A DNA stretch of 54,112 bases, counting the filler, from Sphacelaria rigidula (Eukaryota): assembly GCA_964200075.2 (NCBI GenBank). It is 5 parts of 5 records of this genome, joined end to end, with 100 filler letters (N's around TTAATTAATTAA, not from the genome) between each part and the next. Parts side by side here need not be neighbours in the genome. Positions count along the whole stretch, not along the records: positions 10,844 to 21,586 come from CAXNAA020005991.1; positions 21,687 to 32,429 come from CAXNAA020005992.1; 3 more parts are not named here. One strand, 5' to 3'. The translations under genes and the position numbers were made by a program. This document shows, piece by piece, positions 12,884-24,033 of this stretch. How positions within the stretch are numbered: position 1 is the first letter of the stretch; every line of letters starts with the position of its first letter. The notes under the pieces are model-generated. The model searched no databases. It was given only the letters and a program-made list of their open reading frames with translations, and was not told the DNA's origin.

Positions 12884-13400
12884 GAACCCTTTTGGGACCG
12901 GGCCTCCAGAACGACCAATGAGGCTGGTCAGGAATGACGTGTCTGGCGTCTGCACGAAACAGTGGCGTTTTGCTGAAACTCCGCGTATGTAACCACAGAG
13001 TCATGACCAAGACCGAAAGTTTCATCCAATCTATTTCAGGTGCAGGGTGCGCATTAGGTGGTGTACATCTCTGTTGTAGCAAGCGGTATGGGTCGTGGTA
13101 AAGAGCTTCCAACAAGATGCGGCGACCGGCGAGCCGCCCACCACTTGTGGCTCTGGATGATACTTTTCTTCCCACCACCTTGCCACACAGCCCTTTGTGG
13201 TCGGGGTGGGCCGCCATTTCCCCCCTTGTTGCATGCGGCAAATTCTCTTCGAAGGGTATCGGCGTTGCGGGGCGCATGCATACAGCAGTATGTAATAGTA
13301 CAGTACAGTACAGTGTAGTACACGCCTCTCCAACTGAAGCAGCAGCTGCCGCTGCATACTCCCTTGCACGTTCTGGGCAATTCTCAGCTACCGATATCAG
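12884..13400 (+). repeat. Dispersed repeat A (direct copy at 51157-51660)
   Basis: About 510 bp colinear similarity; the near-identical ORF translations in the track confirm it. Confidence 0.9.
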
Positions 13401-14240
13401 CTACATATATACAGCTTTGTCATCCCCGTCCACTACATACATGTGGACTGCACACTGCAAGTCATCGGCAGAGGGATACACAGAATTCATTACGGTAGCT
13501 CCTCTTGTCTTTCCACAGCCCACCTGGATTTTGTGCCTCGTGAAAATGACCACACGGTAGCATGTACACTCCTTCCCGGTTTTCCCGGTCGAGCCTGTGG
13601 TGGTATAATTACTACGTTTTAGTATGAAATTGTGACCCAAACAACCCACCGGGAATCTCGGGAACGCTGTACTGAGTTAAAGTAATATCATATAACCAAG
13701 TTCCGACCACCCTGCACTTGGAAATCTGGGAAGGCTTATCTGGGCCAGGGATAGGGCCCCCACACGATCTTTGCAGTGGTATCACCCTCGCCAACAGTCC
13801 CCGCGCTGGTCGTTCGGGTCTGGTCAATAAAAAATTTCGCCTCGCAGTGATTGAGGAGGTCGCTCGAAGACTTATTCTTAATTATTTCACCAAGACAGGG
13901 TCAACCCTGTGTTAGGGGGGTTCGGTCCCAAAAGGGTTACGTAGCCAGAGAAACCACAAAACCAAATCACGAGAAAAAAAAAATGGGGAGCCAGTATCAT
14001 CTGCTGCTGTGCTGCGTGCTGTGCGGTGTACGCCGTGCGCTGTGTACTACAGACTACAGACTGTACAGCACATTGCATGAGTGTATATTTTGTGTCGTGT
14101 GCTTTCATGAAAATGTCTTTCAGGCCTACGATCCATCAGATTGACAGTTTGAATGACTACTTTCAACGCATACACTTATTTCAGACCCGCGGTCGATGAT
14201 AGCAGAGTTTCGCCCAAGATATCACAGCAAGCCAGCATTT

Positions 14241-15111
14241 AGACCCATTTTTATGGCAAGCACGGATCTCGATTTTTTTTCGAAATCGGGGGGACAAAAA
14301 ATCGGGGAACACTTTGAATGGACACGGATTTGGACCAAATCGGGAGAGAAAAAATTGGAGGGGTCACGATCTCGGAACGGTTTCCCCCCATTTTTTCGAA
14401 AAACCGGGGAAAAACCGTTCCGAGATCGTGACTCCCCCCAATATTTTGAGGTGACGTACGTGCATTGACGTACAGTGGTAGAGTACGAGGCGTTTGATAT
14501 TTTGCAACAGCAGCAGAAGACAGTCTCGTGACAGCACAGGGCGTGCCTACTGCCCACCCCAGCTGCTGAAGCAACTTCGCACGGGGTTTGACAAGCGGAT
14601 AATAAGTGCTGACGCCGTAGTGCTGACGCCGTACCCTACGGCGATAGAAATATTTTATGCTGCGCTGCGCGGCCTCATGTATCACTGTAACGAACGCTAC
14701 TCTACTCCTGACTGTTGTCGCTGAACTCTGCTCGCGCACTGTTTGTTCTCTGTCCTCGCAATACCGGCTCTGACATCATTAACTACCACACGGCATTGTC
14801 ATGCACTGTACTGATGTAGTGTCCTGCACTGTATTACCCTAGGGCACCAAAGTACGACACTGTACTTGAAGGGTTGTTTACCGCCGGTCTGCTCTTCGGC
14901 TTCATGCTCGAGTACGCAGTACCACGCTCATACAGAAAATGACCGTCTGTGTACAGAACAGTTTCACAATTCTGTGATTCTGTACCGTCTGTGCCATGAA
15001 ACGGTCTCCCCGATTTGAAGTCCACGATTTTGAGTCCCCTCGATTTTCTTCAATTTTTTTTCACAATCGGAGTCCGAAAAAAATCGAGATTCGTTGCCAT
15101 ATAAGTGGGTC
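14241..15111. mobile_element. Non-autonomous TIR element B with internal hairpin (partial copy at 49920-50360)
   Basis: agacccatttttatggcaa..atctcgattttttt at the left end is inverted to aaaaaaatcgagattcgttgccatataagtgggtct at the right end. Internal hairpin at 14361-14436. T-rich 3-bp flanks (PIF/Harbinger-like, uncertain). Confidence 0.65.
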
Positions 15112-16970
15112 TTTAGACCCGTGTTCCCGCCCCTACGGTGAAAAATGATGCTCAATTTTGCTTCTATGTTAGGATGGAAATGACGCCCGATCATGCTACT
15201 TGCTGAAACGCTATGCTATTCATGCAACTTGCGATGACGCTATGCCATTTATGCTATCAAGGTAGAATCAAACCCGAAATTATGCTAAAATAGCATAATA
15301 ATTAGACATCTAGTTATGGACCTCTAGATATTGCGGATAGATAGTTACATGCCGTTTCGGGGAAATAAAACTGTCTTCTCGCAGTAACAATGTGCCTCTT
15401 CGTGTCACTTTAGGTATGACGTTTTTTGCAGAATTTGTTTCGTTGTTTCACATAAAAGCAATTGCCCTCCCATAGGATGTTACATGAGCCCAAACGTTGG
15501 TGGTTTCTTCTGGTTCACCGGGTCGCGCAAAGTGTGTTTTCAGTCCCAGTTCTCAGAACTGAGCAACACAAAGCGGGTGCATGTGCCCGCGCTGTTGAAT
15601 TTGTTTTGCAAGGGCCATGATGTATGTCGTACTGTTGTGAATCGCTGGTACCGTATATCCCCTGTAGGGGTAGAGCCCCACGTGTGCAGGGCGTACAGCT
15701 GTGGACGCGCAAAACCAAGGCCTTACGTGAAGCTGCAAGCAAGGTGATGTGCGTTTCACCAATCGCGCCACAAGATCGCAGGAGGGAGTTCACTGTCGGC
15801 GTGTACCGTATGTATGGTGGTCTACCAGCGTTTAGGTGGTCTACCAGCGTGTAAAAATGCGGCGCAATCATTAGTTTTCTCAATCTGTACTCGTTGGCAC
15901 CCTTTCAGTACTGATTGATGACTGCGGAGCCCCAGGTAGGTGTGTGAAGCACATGAATATTTACGCAATATAGGCAACCACTAGCGAATGTACCAAGGGA
16001 AAACAGAAAACAAGCAGACACAAGAGACATCAAGCAAAATGGTGGAAGGTCAGTTGTTGCTCCTCGTTGGGAGAGCGGCAGATGCGATCCACTTTACAGG
16101 CTTGTCATGTTGGCTGGCCTTATGTGCACACACCTTCGTTGATTCACCGACAAGCTCTGCGACAGCGTAAAGCTCATCACAACAAGGCCGGAGCGCCGAG
16201 CTAGCCTGGCGCCCACTCCTTGGCTTGCGCGTCCTTCCTTGCTCCTGTATAACCCGACCCGCTAAACCGGCGCAGATGTATTCCGTGTAGTATTCCGTAT
16301 AGTCAGAATTTGAACATTGAGACAGGGACAAGAAAGTAGTAGACACTGTTGTACGGAAAGTACAAGTGCAACTCTAAAGGAAGAATTCTGAACTCTGCTC
16401 TCACTGTACTCTTACACTCCGCAGTCAGTTGCACTGGTTGTGTAGTGTGTGCTTTGTCCCTGAATACGTCGTCGACTCCTAAGAAGTCCTCCTACTTCGG
16501 TAACTGCCTAGCAGGAACTCTGGGAATCAACACGACGTATGTTCGCTGACTACTACTGCCCTGTGCCGTGTTGCGAGTTGCACCCCGTATAGATGATGAT
16601 ATATAGAGTCAGTACAGTATTACAGATGTGATGGGAGTTACAAGAGCCCGGGAAGGCGTGCTGCTCAGGGTGTAACCGCCGAAACGAACAACTTTCTTAT
16701 TTTTTTTCGTTGGATCGTGCCTGTGCGTAGGCTCTGGCGGGTCAGGCACGCCTTACTTTTTGCCGGAGGGTCCCTTTTCAGAAAGGGGTTACCTGAGACG
16801 GCGTTTGATCCCTGAGATGCCTTGTTTGCGCCAGGCGAACACTTTACACCACAAGAATGAATAGAAGTAAGGCATGCCTATGGCGACGCCAACTCCAATT
16901 ATCCGGGATGCTGAGGAGATTGTCTCGGGCAAGTCCATGCCATTCTGTTTGATGAACGAAGGCATCTAAA

Positions 16971-17096
16971 CCCTTAGACCGCGAGGTTAGTCTTCTGTTG
17001 AATAATCTCGCGGGTTAGTCGTTCTGGATCATGCATACTTTTTTTCACTTGAAATTGATGCCGATTCAGTAGGCGACTAACCTCGCGGTCTAAGAG
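16971..17096. mobile_element. piggyBac-like MITE (126 bp)
   Basis: TIR cccttagaccgcgaggttagtc / gactaacctcgcggtctaagag, flanked by taaa and ttaa. Second copy at 44791-44889. Confidence 0.8.
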
Positions 17097-17499
17097 TTAA
17101 GCATGGATTTCAACTATCAAGCATAAAAATGGGCGACAGGCATAATACCACGGTTTTTGTCTGACCCCAATCGTTTTCGCCAGCGGGCCTGACACATTTG
17201 CCTGAGGCACGCCTTCGGCGTCCCTGATCGGCCAGGGCCTACCTGTACATATGGTTGAAAAAAGACAACAGAAGCATAGCCTCTAGGCGCTCTGGCAGTC
17301 TTCGCCCCAAGATACAGATGAGTGATGCCGCGATAGCGTTTGCCCCCCCAAACCAGCTCCGAAACTGCCACGAGGAAAACGGTGATGCAGCGCATGATAG
17401 CTGGTTCCAGACTATCTATAGTAGTCAGCATCAGAAGTTTTTAGAATTCGTAGTTGTTCTAGTTCTTGAGTTTTTCTCGAGTGCTATTCTTCATTACTA

Positions 17500-18040
17500 C
17501 TTGAAAGTGCTAGCGCCGGTAGATTTAGGGGAAAGCGTAGGCCGCGCTCAAACTGCAGTGCCCAGGTTGGTGTTTTTGGGGCTATACGGACTATATACCC
17601 CGTTTATCAGGAGGGTGATATTGACCGTTTTCGGTCCAAAAACAACAGTTTTTCGACTCTTCCGCAACGAACCGGTAAATACTCAGATGAAGTTATACGT
17701 CTGCAGTTCTTCACAATAACGATCGAGATTGTGTTTCCCTCCCATTCTGTGCAGACCTCAGTCAAGCATTTTCTGCGCATGACCTCTTTTCAGGGTTTTG
17801 TCGCATGACATTTCCCATGAGCACTCGAAAGTGCTAGCGTCGATAGTTTTGGAAAAATAAACAGACCGTGGTCAAATCACAATGCCCAAGTTGTTGTTGT
17901 GGTTGCGATACGGAGTAAAGACCCCGTTTATCAAGAGGGTGTTATTGACCGTGAATGGTTCAAGAAACATAGTTTTCCAGCTTTAGCGCAGTGACTAGGT
18001 GGAATTTCAACAAAAAAATCATTTTTGAGTCTTTACTTCT
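17500..18040 (+). repeat. Diverged direct duplication, period ~326 bp
   Basis: gaaagtgctagcg...tgccca.gttg...accccgtttatca.gagggtg.tattgaccgt occurs at ~17503 and ~17827. Confidence 0.75.
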
Positions 18041-18434
18041 TTGATCGGGATCGAGTCAGTCCACCGAAAATACCGAAAAGCTAGAACCTGGGGTTGCACT
18101 TTCGCAGGACCCCGAAGATCGGTCAAGCCCGTACGTTACTCAATATCAATACTGATCCCCGATATTTTTTCTTCCAATATTTTTCCAGAGGACATAAATA
18201 TTTCCAGATGCCCACTTTTTGGTATCCAACAGTCACTGTGATGAGCGGTGGCAAGCGGAACAAATTTGGAAACTCTTTGAGAAACTAAGAAATTACGAAT
18301 TCTGCACACTTCTGACGCTGACTACTGTACATGAAGCGCCTCAAATGGGCGACATTGACGAAAATGATCTCAGGTACAGGCTGGTCCACGCTTATCACCC
18401 CAAATATTGTCATCATCAAATTCCTTTCGCAATA

Positions 18435-18715
18435 CCTATCCAATAGTCGCATACATGGTATCATACTGACCGCCATAGACAGCTGAAGAGCGTGAAATGG
18501 CCGGGTTCGTGTGTAAGGCCATCCTGGTAGTGCTGAGGGCAAAAAGGTATATCGACCAATCAGCGCCTGTCGAATTGCTCCGAGATCAAAGTTACGAATC
18601 CCAAGCCCAATTTTCACCCAATCTCCACATGCTTCAAATCGTAGTAACCGTCATCGGCTCGGGAATCTAACGAAAAAAACATATTCTGAGACGGTTACTA
18701 CTACGGGGTCGAATT
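18435..18715 (+). repeat. Dispersed repeat (direct copy ~37609-37898)
   Basis: ctatccaatagtc.catrcatggtatcatac.gaccgccat ... acccaatctc.acatg.ttcaa ... ctcgggaatcta is shared. Confidence 0.75.
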
Positions 18716-21519
18716 ATACCCGAAACCGTGATGTTTCGATGATATCGGGTGTTGGTGTCGTCTTATTTCCACTAATGATACGCACGAAAAACCCAGCGAG
18801 CCTCGTGGCGGTGTCCCCTATATCTGTTGTAGAAGAGCTCAGATCGCCCTCAAACTTGACAATTCCGTAGGTATCGATTCTCCAAAAAAATGGAATAATT
18901 GTATTCTTGACAGTATTCAATGGTTTCTCCGTTCCCTGCCAGCTTCCGGGGGGCCCAGTATGAATACCCCCCGGAAGGCGGTACAGAATACCCCCCCCCA
19001 AAAAAATAATATGATGCGACCCGGCATAGTCCAAGGAACACCTGTACAAAATTTGGTGGAGAAATTCGAAAACCTCTTACAGTTTTTCTTGCCTTGACAT
19101 ACACCCAAAAATACCTTTCCATACTAAAACCAAGTAGTTAGGAGTTGCACATTTCAAGCCCACGTCCTCCACAAACGCGCAAACCTTCACGCCGTTATCA
19201 GGAGTTATTGCTCTGTCGTTCACGAGCGTTCTAGAGAAGATCAGGTGTATCTTCCAACTTCCTCCGTAAGGTGAAGGGGAGCTGATTTTTGAATGCATCC
19301 GATGTTGTCAGGCTCCACTGCGCAGTCAAGCTGCACTTTCCTGTTCTGTACTGTCTGCGTGGCACGACTGAGTCTGGTGTGCTGCACTACTACTGTTGTC
19401 TGGGCTGCAGAAAACGTGGGCGTCGTGAGAACTGTACATGAGATTGACAAGTGCTACAGCTGCAGTATCGGCTGGCAAGCGAGGAATGTGTATTTGAGGC
19501 AAGGCTCGAAACCCCTTGATAGATTTGATTTGATTGGTCAAGCGACTGCTGGGTTGATTACCGCGCATAACTGGCTTGCACACGCAATGAGAAACGAAGT
19601 TTTGAGGAAATCGAGCAAAGCTTTCGACAAAATTAAGTGAGTGTTCGGCTTCAGCCACTTCCGCTACACTAAGTTCAGCACAGATTACCCTGGCATCAGA
19701 TAATAAACTCAGGCGGAGCCTGGCTTTCTGGTTCTTATGAGCGGGCTGCTCCTGTATACGAGTCCAGCCGTGGTTGAAACATTGGAGCTCGGAAATGGTT
19801 TGTCCAACCATTCACCAGTTGAATTGTACATGATGGTTTGATCATCGCGCGGCGAAGCCGTAAGCCCCAAAGTCCCCCTGGCAGAGGGGGGGCCGCAGGA
19901 GGCGCCCCCGGAGGGCCGCGCTGGAGGCGCTGTGCCGGAGGCACGTTTTTACCCGTTTTAGCTTCACCAGAGCTAAAAAGAATACGGTAAATTTGGCCCA
20001 CGTGTTAAGGGCTGTGTGTAGTACGCGTAGCCGGTAACGACTTCTAAAGCCGGCAAGGGTAAATAATGGTTTTAAACCATTATCGAAATATTTCATATGA
20101 CCATTCCGATCATTACCATTATAATGATAACGGCCAGTCATAACTGGTACCATTTCCGAGCTCTATACAGGCTATAAACCCGTCCAGTAAACCTTCATTG
20201 TAGAGATCTATCTATAGTTACGGGTGTACTGTATTATACAGTTGAAGCATCGCCGCCAGGTCCCTCTACAGGAAAGAGTCAGGTACTAGAGCGGTGAAAC
20301 ATGGTGAAAAGATCCAGGGTTCAAATGACTGTCTTCTCGTGCAGGACGGGGTCCTGCCTCCTTCCTGGCTTCAGTACGGGAACCATACAAAAGCATAGTT
20401 GGAACATACGGAGATATTAAACACAAAATGAGAGGGGAGGAGAAAAGGAACTCAGGGGGAAACCGGACAACATGAGCAGGAAATACATCTGAGGAACATC
20501 GCTCAAGTCGGGAGCCGATCACAGTATAGTTACCGACCGAGGCTCGAGGAGTGCGTACTAGTTTCCGTGCTACCGTGCCCCCCCCCCCTCCACCCTTCCT
20601 CGCCAGTCAAGGCTCCCGTGATCCCACTCTCTCGACCATTTTACACCTGGGATTCCTTGAGGATTGTTACTGCCGCTCTTGTTGCAAAGGTATCCTCGTA
20701 GCGGTCTCTTTTCATTTATCAGGCGGCTCTCAACGCATTCGCCTCTTCCTTGCGACGGGGGTCAGTTTCGCGAACTGTTCTTATCACTACACCTCCTCCA
20801 ACGCCTCCGCCCTCCTCGACACCCAGGCCTCAGCAGGAGTGAACCAACAAGCTTTCGAGTCCCTGACCTCCGTGCTGCGGAGACATAATATACCAATTCT
20901 TCCTTCGTTCTCCCTTGCGTGGGATACCTGCTGCGGCACGTACTGTAGGCTCATCTCGAGCCCCTCCCCCCAGTGTTTTGAAGGCCGGTCGAGTTCTGCG
21001 GGCCCCTGTGCAGCCCGCCGTCTGAACATGATGCACTTCGGAAGACTTGTTTTATCATGTCGGACTGGGGGCCCCGCGAATCCAAGTTGTCCCTGTAGAA
21101 GATTATCTTCGAAAATGAGGTTGATGTGTTAAAATGGGTTTCAAATCCGAAACAATGCTTTCCCCGGCCGAAAGTCATGATGAACGGGTATTTGAGACCT
21201 CATACCTCCCGACTCCCCCGGAACTATTGGTGGGGATTTTCCGTCTTCCGTTCTCCCAAGGGTATGTGCGAAGGCACCTTTTTGCGTGGATTTGGGGGTG
21301 GAAAAAGGGGACGATTTCAGCCCGAAAATGATGGTCCTTTCGCACATTCCCTTTACGGGAACAGAAGACGGGACGCCCCCAAAACTGGTTTCAGGGAGTT
21401 TGGGGGGCATGAGGTCGTCCATATGAAAGTCATTTGTCATGACTTCAGGTCGGACAAAGCATGAATCCACTCTTGACCCCTTCGGCGCCAGAGCTTTTTT
21501 CGGGACAGTATGTCCTGTT

Positions 21520-21586
21520 AACAGCCGATCATCTATGTTGAGGATGGTGCTTTTCATTGAGGATGAGAACCCGGAGGATTAAAATC
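21520..21586 (+). repeat. Near-identical repeat to 54039-54105, cut by the gap
   Basis: aacagcc.atcatctatgttgaggatggtgcttt..attgaggatgagaacccggaggattaaaatc is present at both sites. Confidence 0.9.
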
Positions 21587-21686
21587 NNNNNNNNNNNNNN
21601 NNNNNNNNNNNNNNNNNNNNNNNNNNNNNNTTAATTAATTAANNNNNNNNNNNNNNNNNNNNNNNNNNNNNNNNNNNNNNNNNNNN
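21587..21686. other. Assembly gap with TTAATTAATTAA linker
   Basis: 100-bp N run with linker. Confidence 0.97.
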
Positions 21687-21850
21687 TCTCGAAAGGGAGG
21701 CGTGGTCAATGGTCACACGACTAAGGCAAGCAACAAATGAGTACGCCCCCCCCCCGCCCCTTCCCCCCCTCCACAGCTCCGTCTCAAAAAGGGATGCGGA
21801 GTCAATGGTGATACGACCAAGGCAAGCAACAAATGCGTACGCCCCCACAC
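21687..21850 (-). repeat. Two tandem copies of the G-run/gtactcat repeat in ELO intron 4
   Basis: aaggcaagcaacaaatg.gtacgccccc occurs twice, about 97 bp apart. Confidence 0.85.
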
Positions 21851-21868
21851 CCACAGCCTTGCACTCAC

Positions 21869-22011
21869 CACGAATTGCATAAGCTGTAGCGACGCGAGGT
21901 ATTGGCTCCACCATGAGTGACGACCAAGGGCGGCCAGGACGTAGTGCAGGTACACCAACACATGCACGATGCTGTTCAGCATGATGGGCAGGTACATATC
22001 TCCGTTGAAGT
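21869..22011 (-). CDS. ELO: ELO exon 4 (DFNGDMYLPIMLNSIVHVLVYLHY...LQLMQFV)
   Basis: CAG acceptor at 22014-22012 completes the split Asp codon; donor GTGAGT at 21868. Confidence 0.92.
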
Positions 22012-23994
22012 CTGATCCATATATCCATATTCCCCCGCCGCCATCGCCGCCGCCGCCCCGGCCACAAGCAGTGCCGTGACATCGTTTTCGATGTTGATCC
22101 ATTCGGAGACAGAAGCACATTTTGTTTTGAGAGGAGGGATGGAGGGGGAAGGGTGACGAGAGACGAGGAGAGAGGGGCAACGAGAGATGAGCAAACGGAT
22201 AGTCGATAACACACCACGGGAAGGGCAAAAAGGGAAAGGACGGAGAGGGGAGGCGAGGGAACGTTCCACAGTAGTACAGTACTCCGAATAATGCTTGTGA
22301 GTCCGTTTCCAATGGAGTACGTTCTACGGCAGGGGAGGACATTTGTTTTTTCTTTCTGAAACTCTGTACTGTAGGAGCCTTTTGATGACGAAAGTCATGT
22401 GGGCCTTAGTGTGCAGTGCGCCTCAGAAACATTTTGGGCGAAACGTTGCACTCCCTACGGTAGAATCGCTTACATCTGGAATAACAAATATTCAACAAGT
22501 ACGGAAGGAGACCAACATACTAGGGAGAATCAAAGCGAAAACGAAAAGACTTGCCGTGAGCATTTGTGTCGAGACGGAACATCCTTTGATAAAGCTGAAC
22601 GCCATGAGCACGAAAAAGAAAAAAAAACAGAGCTCATGGTGTATACTTGAAAACATCTCCCACACTCCTCTGACGGCGTCAGGTCACTTTCGATATGTCC
22701 AAAAAAACGGTGTCCCCCGCTGTAAAACGGCCGCGGCATTTTGACTATTTGGAGAGTGAAGGGGTATGATAAAAGAGAAGTTCGATGCGCCGGCGCGGGC
22801 ATGCGTGGCAGCAGTAGTGCGAGCGTAACTAGGGTTGTGGGGGTTTGGGATAGCGTTGTGGGGTGTGCGGGGTACGATGTATCAGAAAGCAGTGGCGATT
22901 TGTGTAAAGTGGTTCACCTGGCGTATTTGCAAGTAGAGCGGGCTAGGAACACGTAGGAACCTCACTGCCACTACTTTCTCACATGGACACGCCGCACCCT
23001 CCATGGAAAGAGCTGGCGCGTTGCCGTCTTTGTAAATGCTGTGCGATAGTGCCTGTTTAGCCCTTCTCCGTCGTTTCCCCCCCGAAAAGTGGGCCAGGCG
23101 GATGTTGACACCTTAAGAATGACTTGCTCTACTCGTTGAGACCGTTCCGGACCACCTTTGCGTTTTCCGTAGGTCAACGGTTTGTTTTCGGCCGAGCTTG
23201 CGTTTTTAATAACAAACGGTCAAGTTATAAAAAGACAGGGGGAAACAAACCTGTGACCTACGGGAAACGAAAAGGTGCTCTGGAACGGTCTCAACGAGTA
23301 GCGCAAGTCATTCGAAGGTGTCAACATCCGCCTGGCCCACTTTTCGGGGGGAAACGACGGAGAAGGGCCAAACAGGCACTTTTCAACAAGACTTATTTTT
23401 TTACCCATAAGAAGTGACCTCAACACCATCAAAGACGCGCAACGAAGCGGGTTACGACCCCGGGGTGATCGGCGTTCGAACGTGAATCGCACAAATCGTC
23501 ACCTGTACACGCGCGGCTACATGGGGCTGACGAAAAAACGCTGCAGCTCATGCAAACGCTACAGAGAAGCACCGAAGTAAGCCGATATGACATGCGACAC
23601 TCGAAACCTGCACTTACTGGCACGAATGTAGAAAAAAACAGCACATTGACGCATATAAAAATGTCATCGTGCACACACACAGCAGTAAGTACCAACCCCC
23701 CCGCCCGCCCGCCCGCCCTCTACAGGATACAGTGCTCAGCACGAGGGCGGTGAAAGTAACCAGGGTCATCATAGTCATAATCCATGTCACAGTCTCGTGA
23801 CGAAGGGGTTGGAGAAATCACAGTAGTGTTTGCGCGGGCAATTGACGCGTGTGTAGAAACAAATGCCGATGCGTTTTGTCCTGAACGTTTTCCAACTGCT
23901 CATGTTTTGTTGTGAAGTACTTCTATTTTTGTAATACTCTATTTTGTAAAGTTACATGGTCGACAGAACAGAGGAACAAGCACGCCGTCAGCCG

Positions 23995-24033
<39 letters not shown>

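Noticed and set aside
20551..21557. Long ORFs of 112-193 aa
   Set aside because: Overlapping on both strands with no motifs or convincing splice structure; probably repeat-derived.
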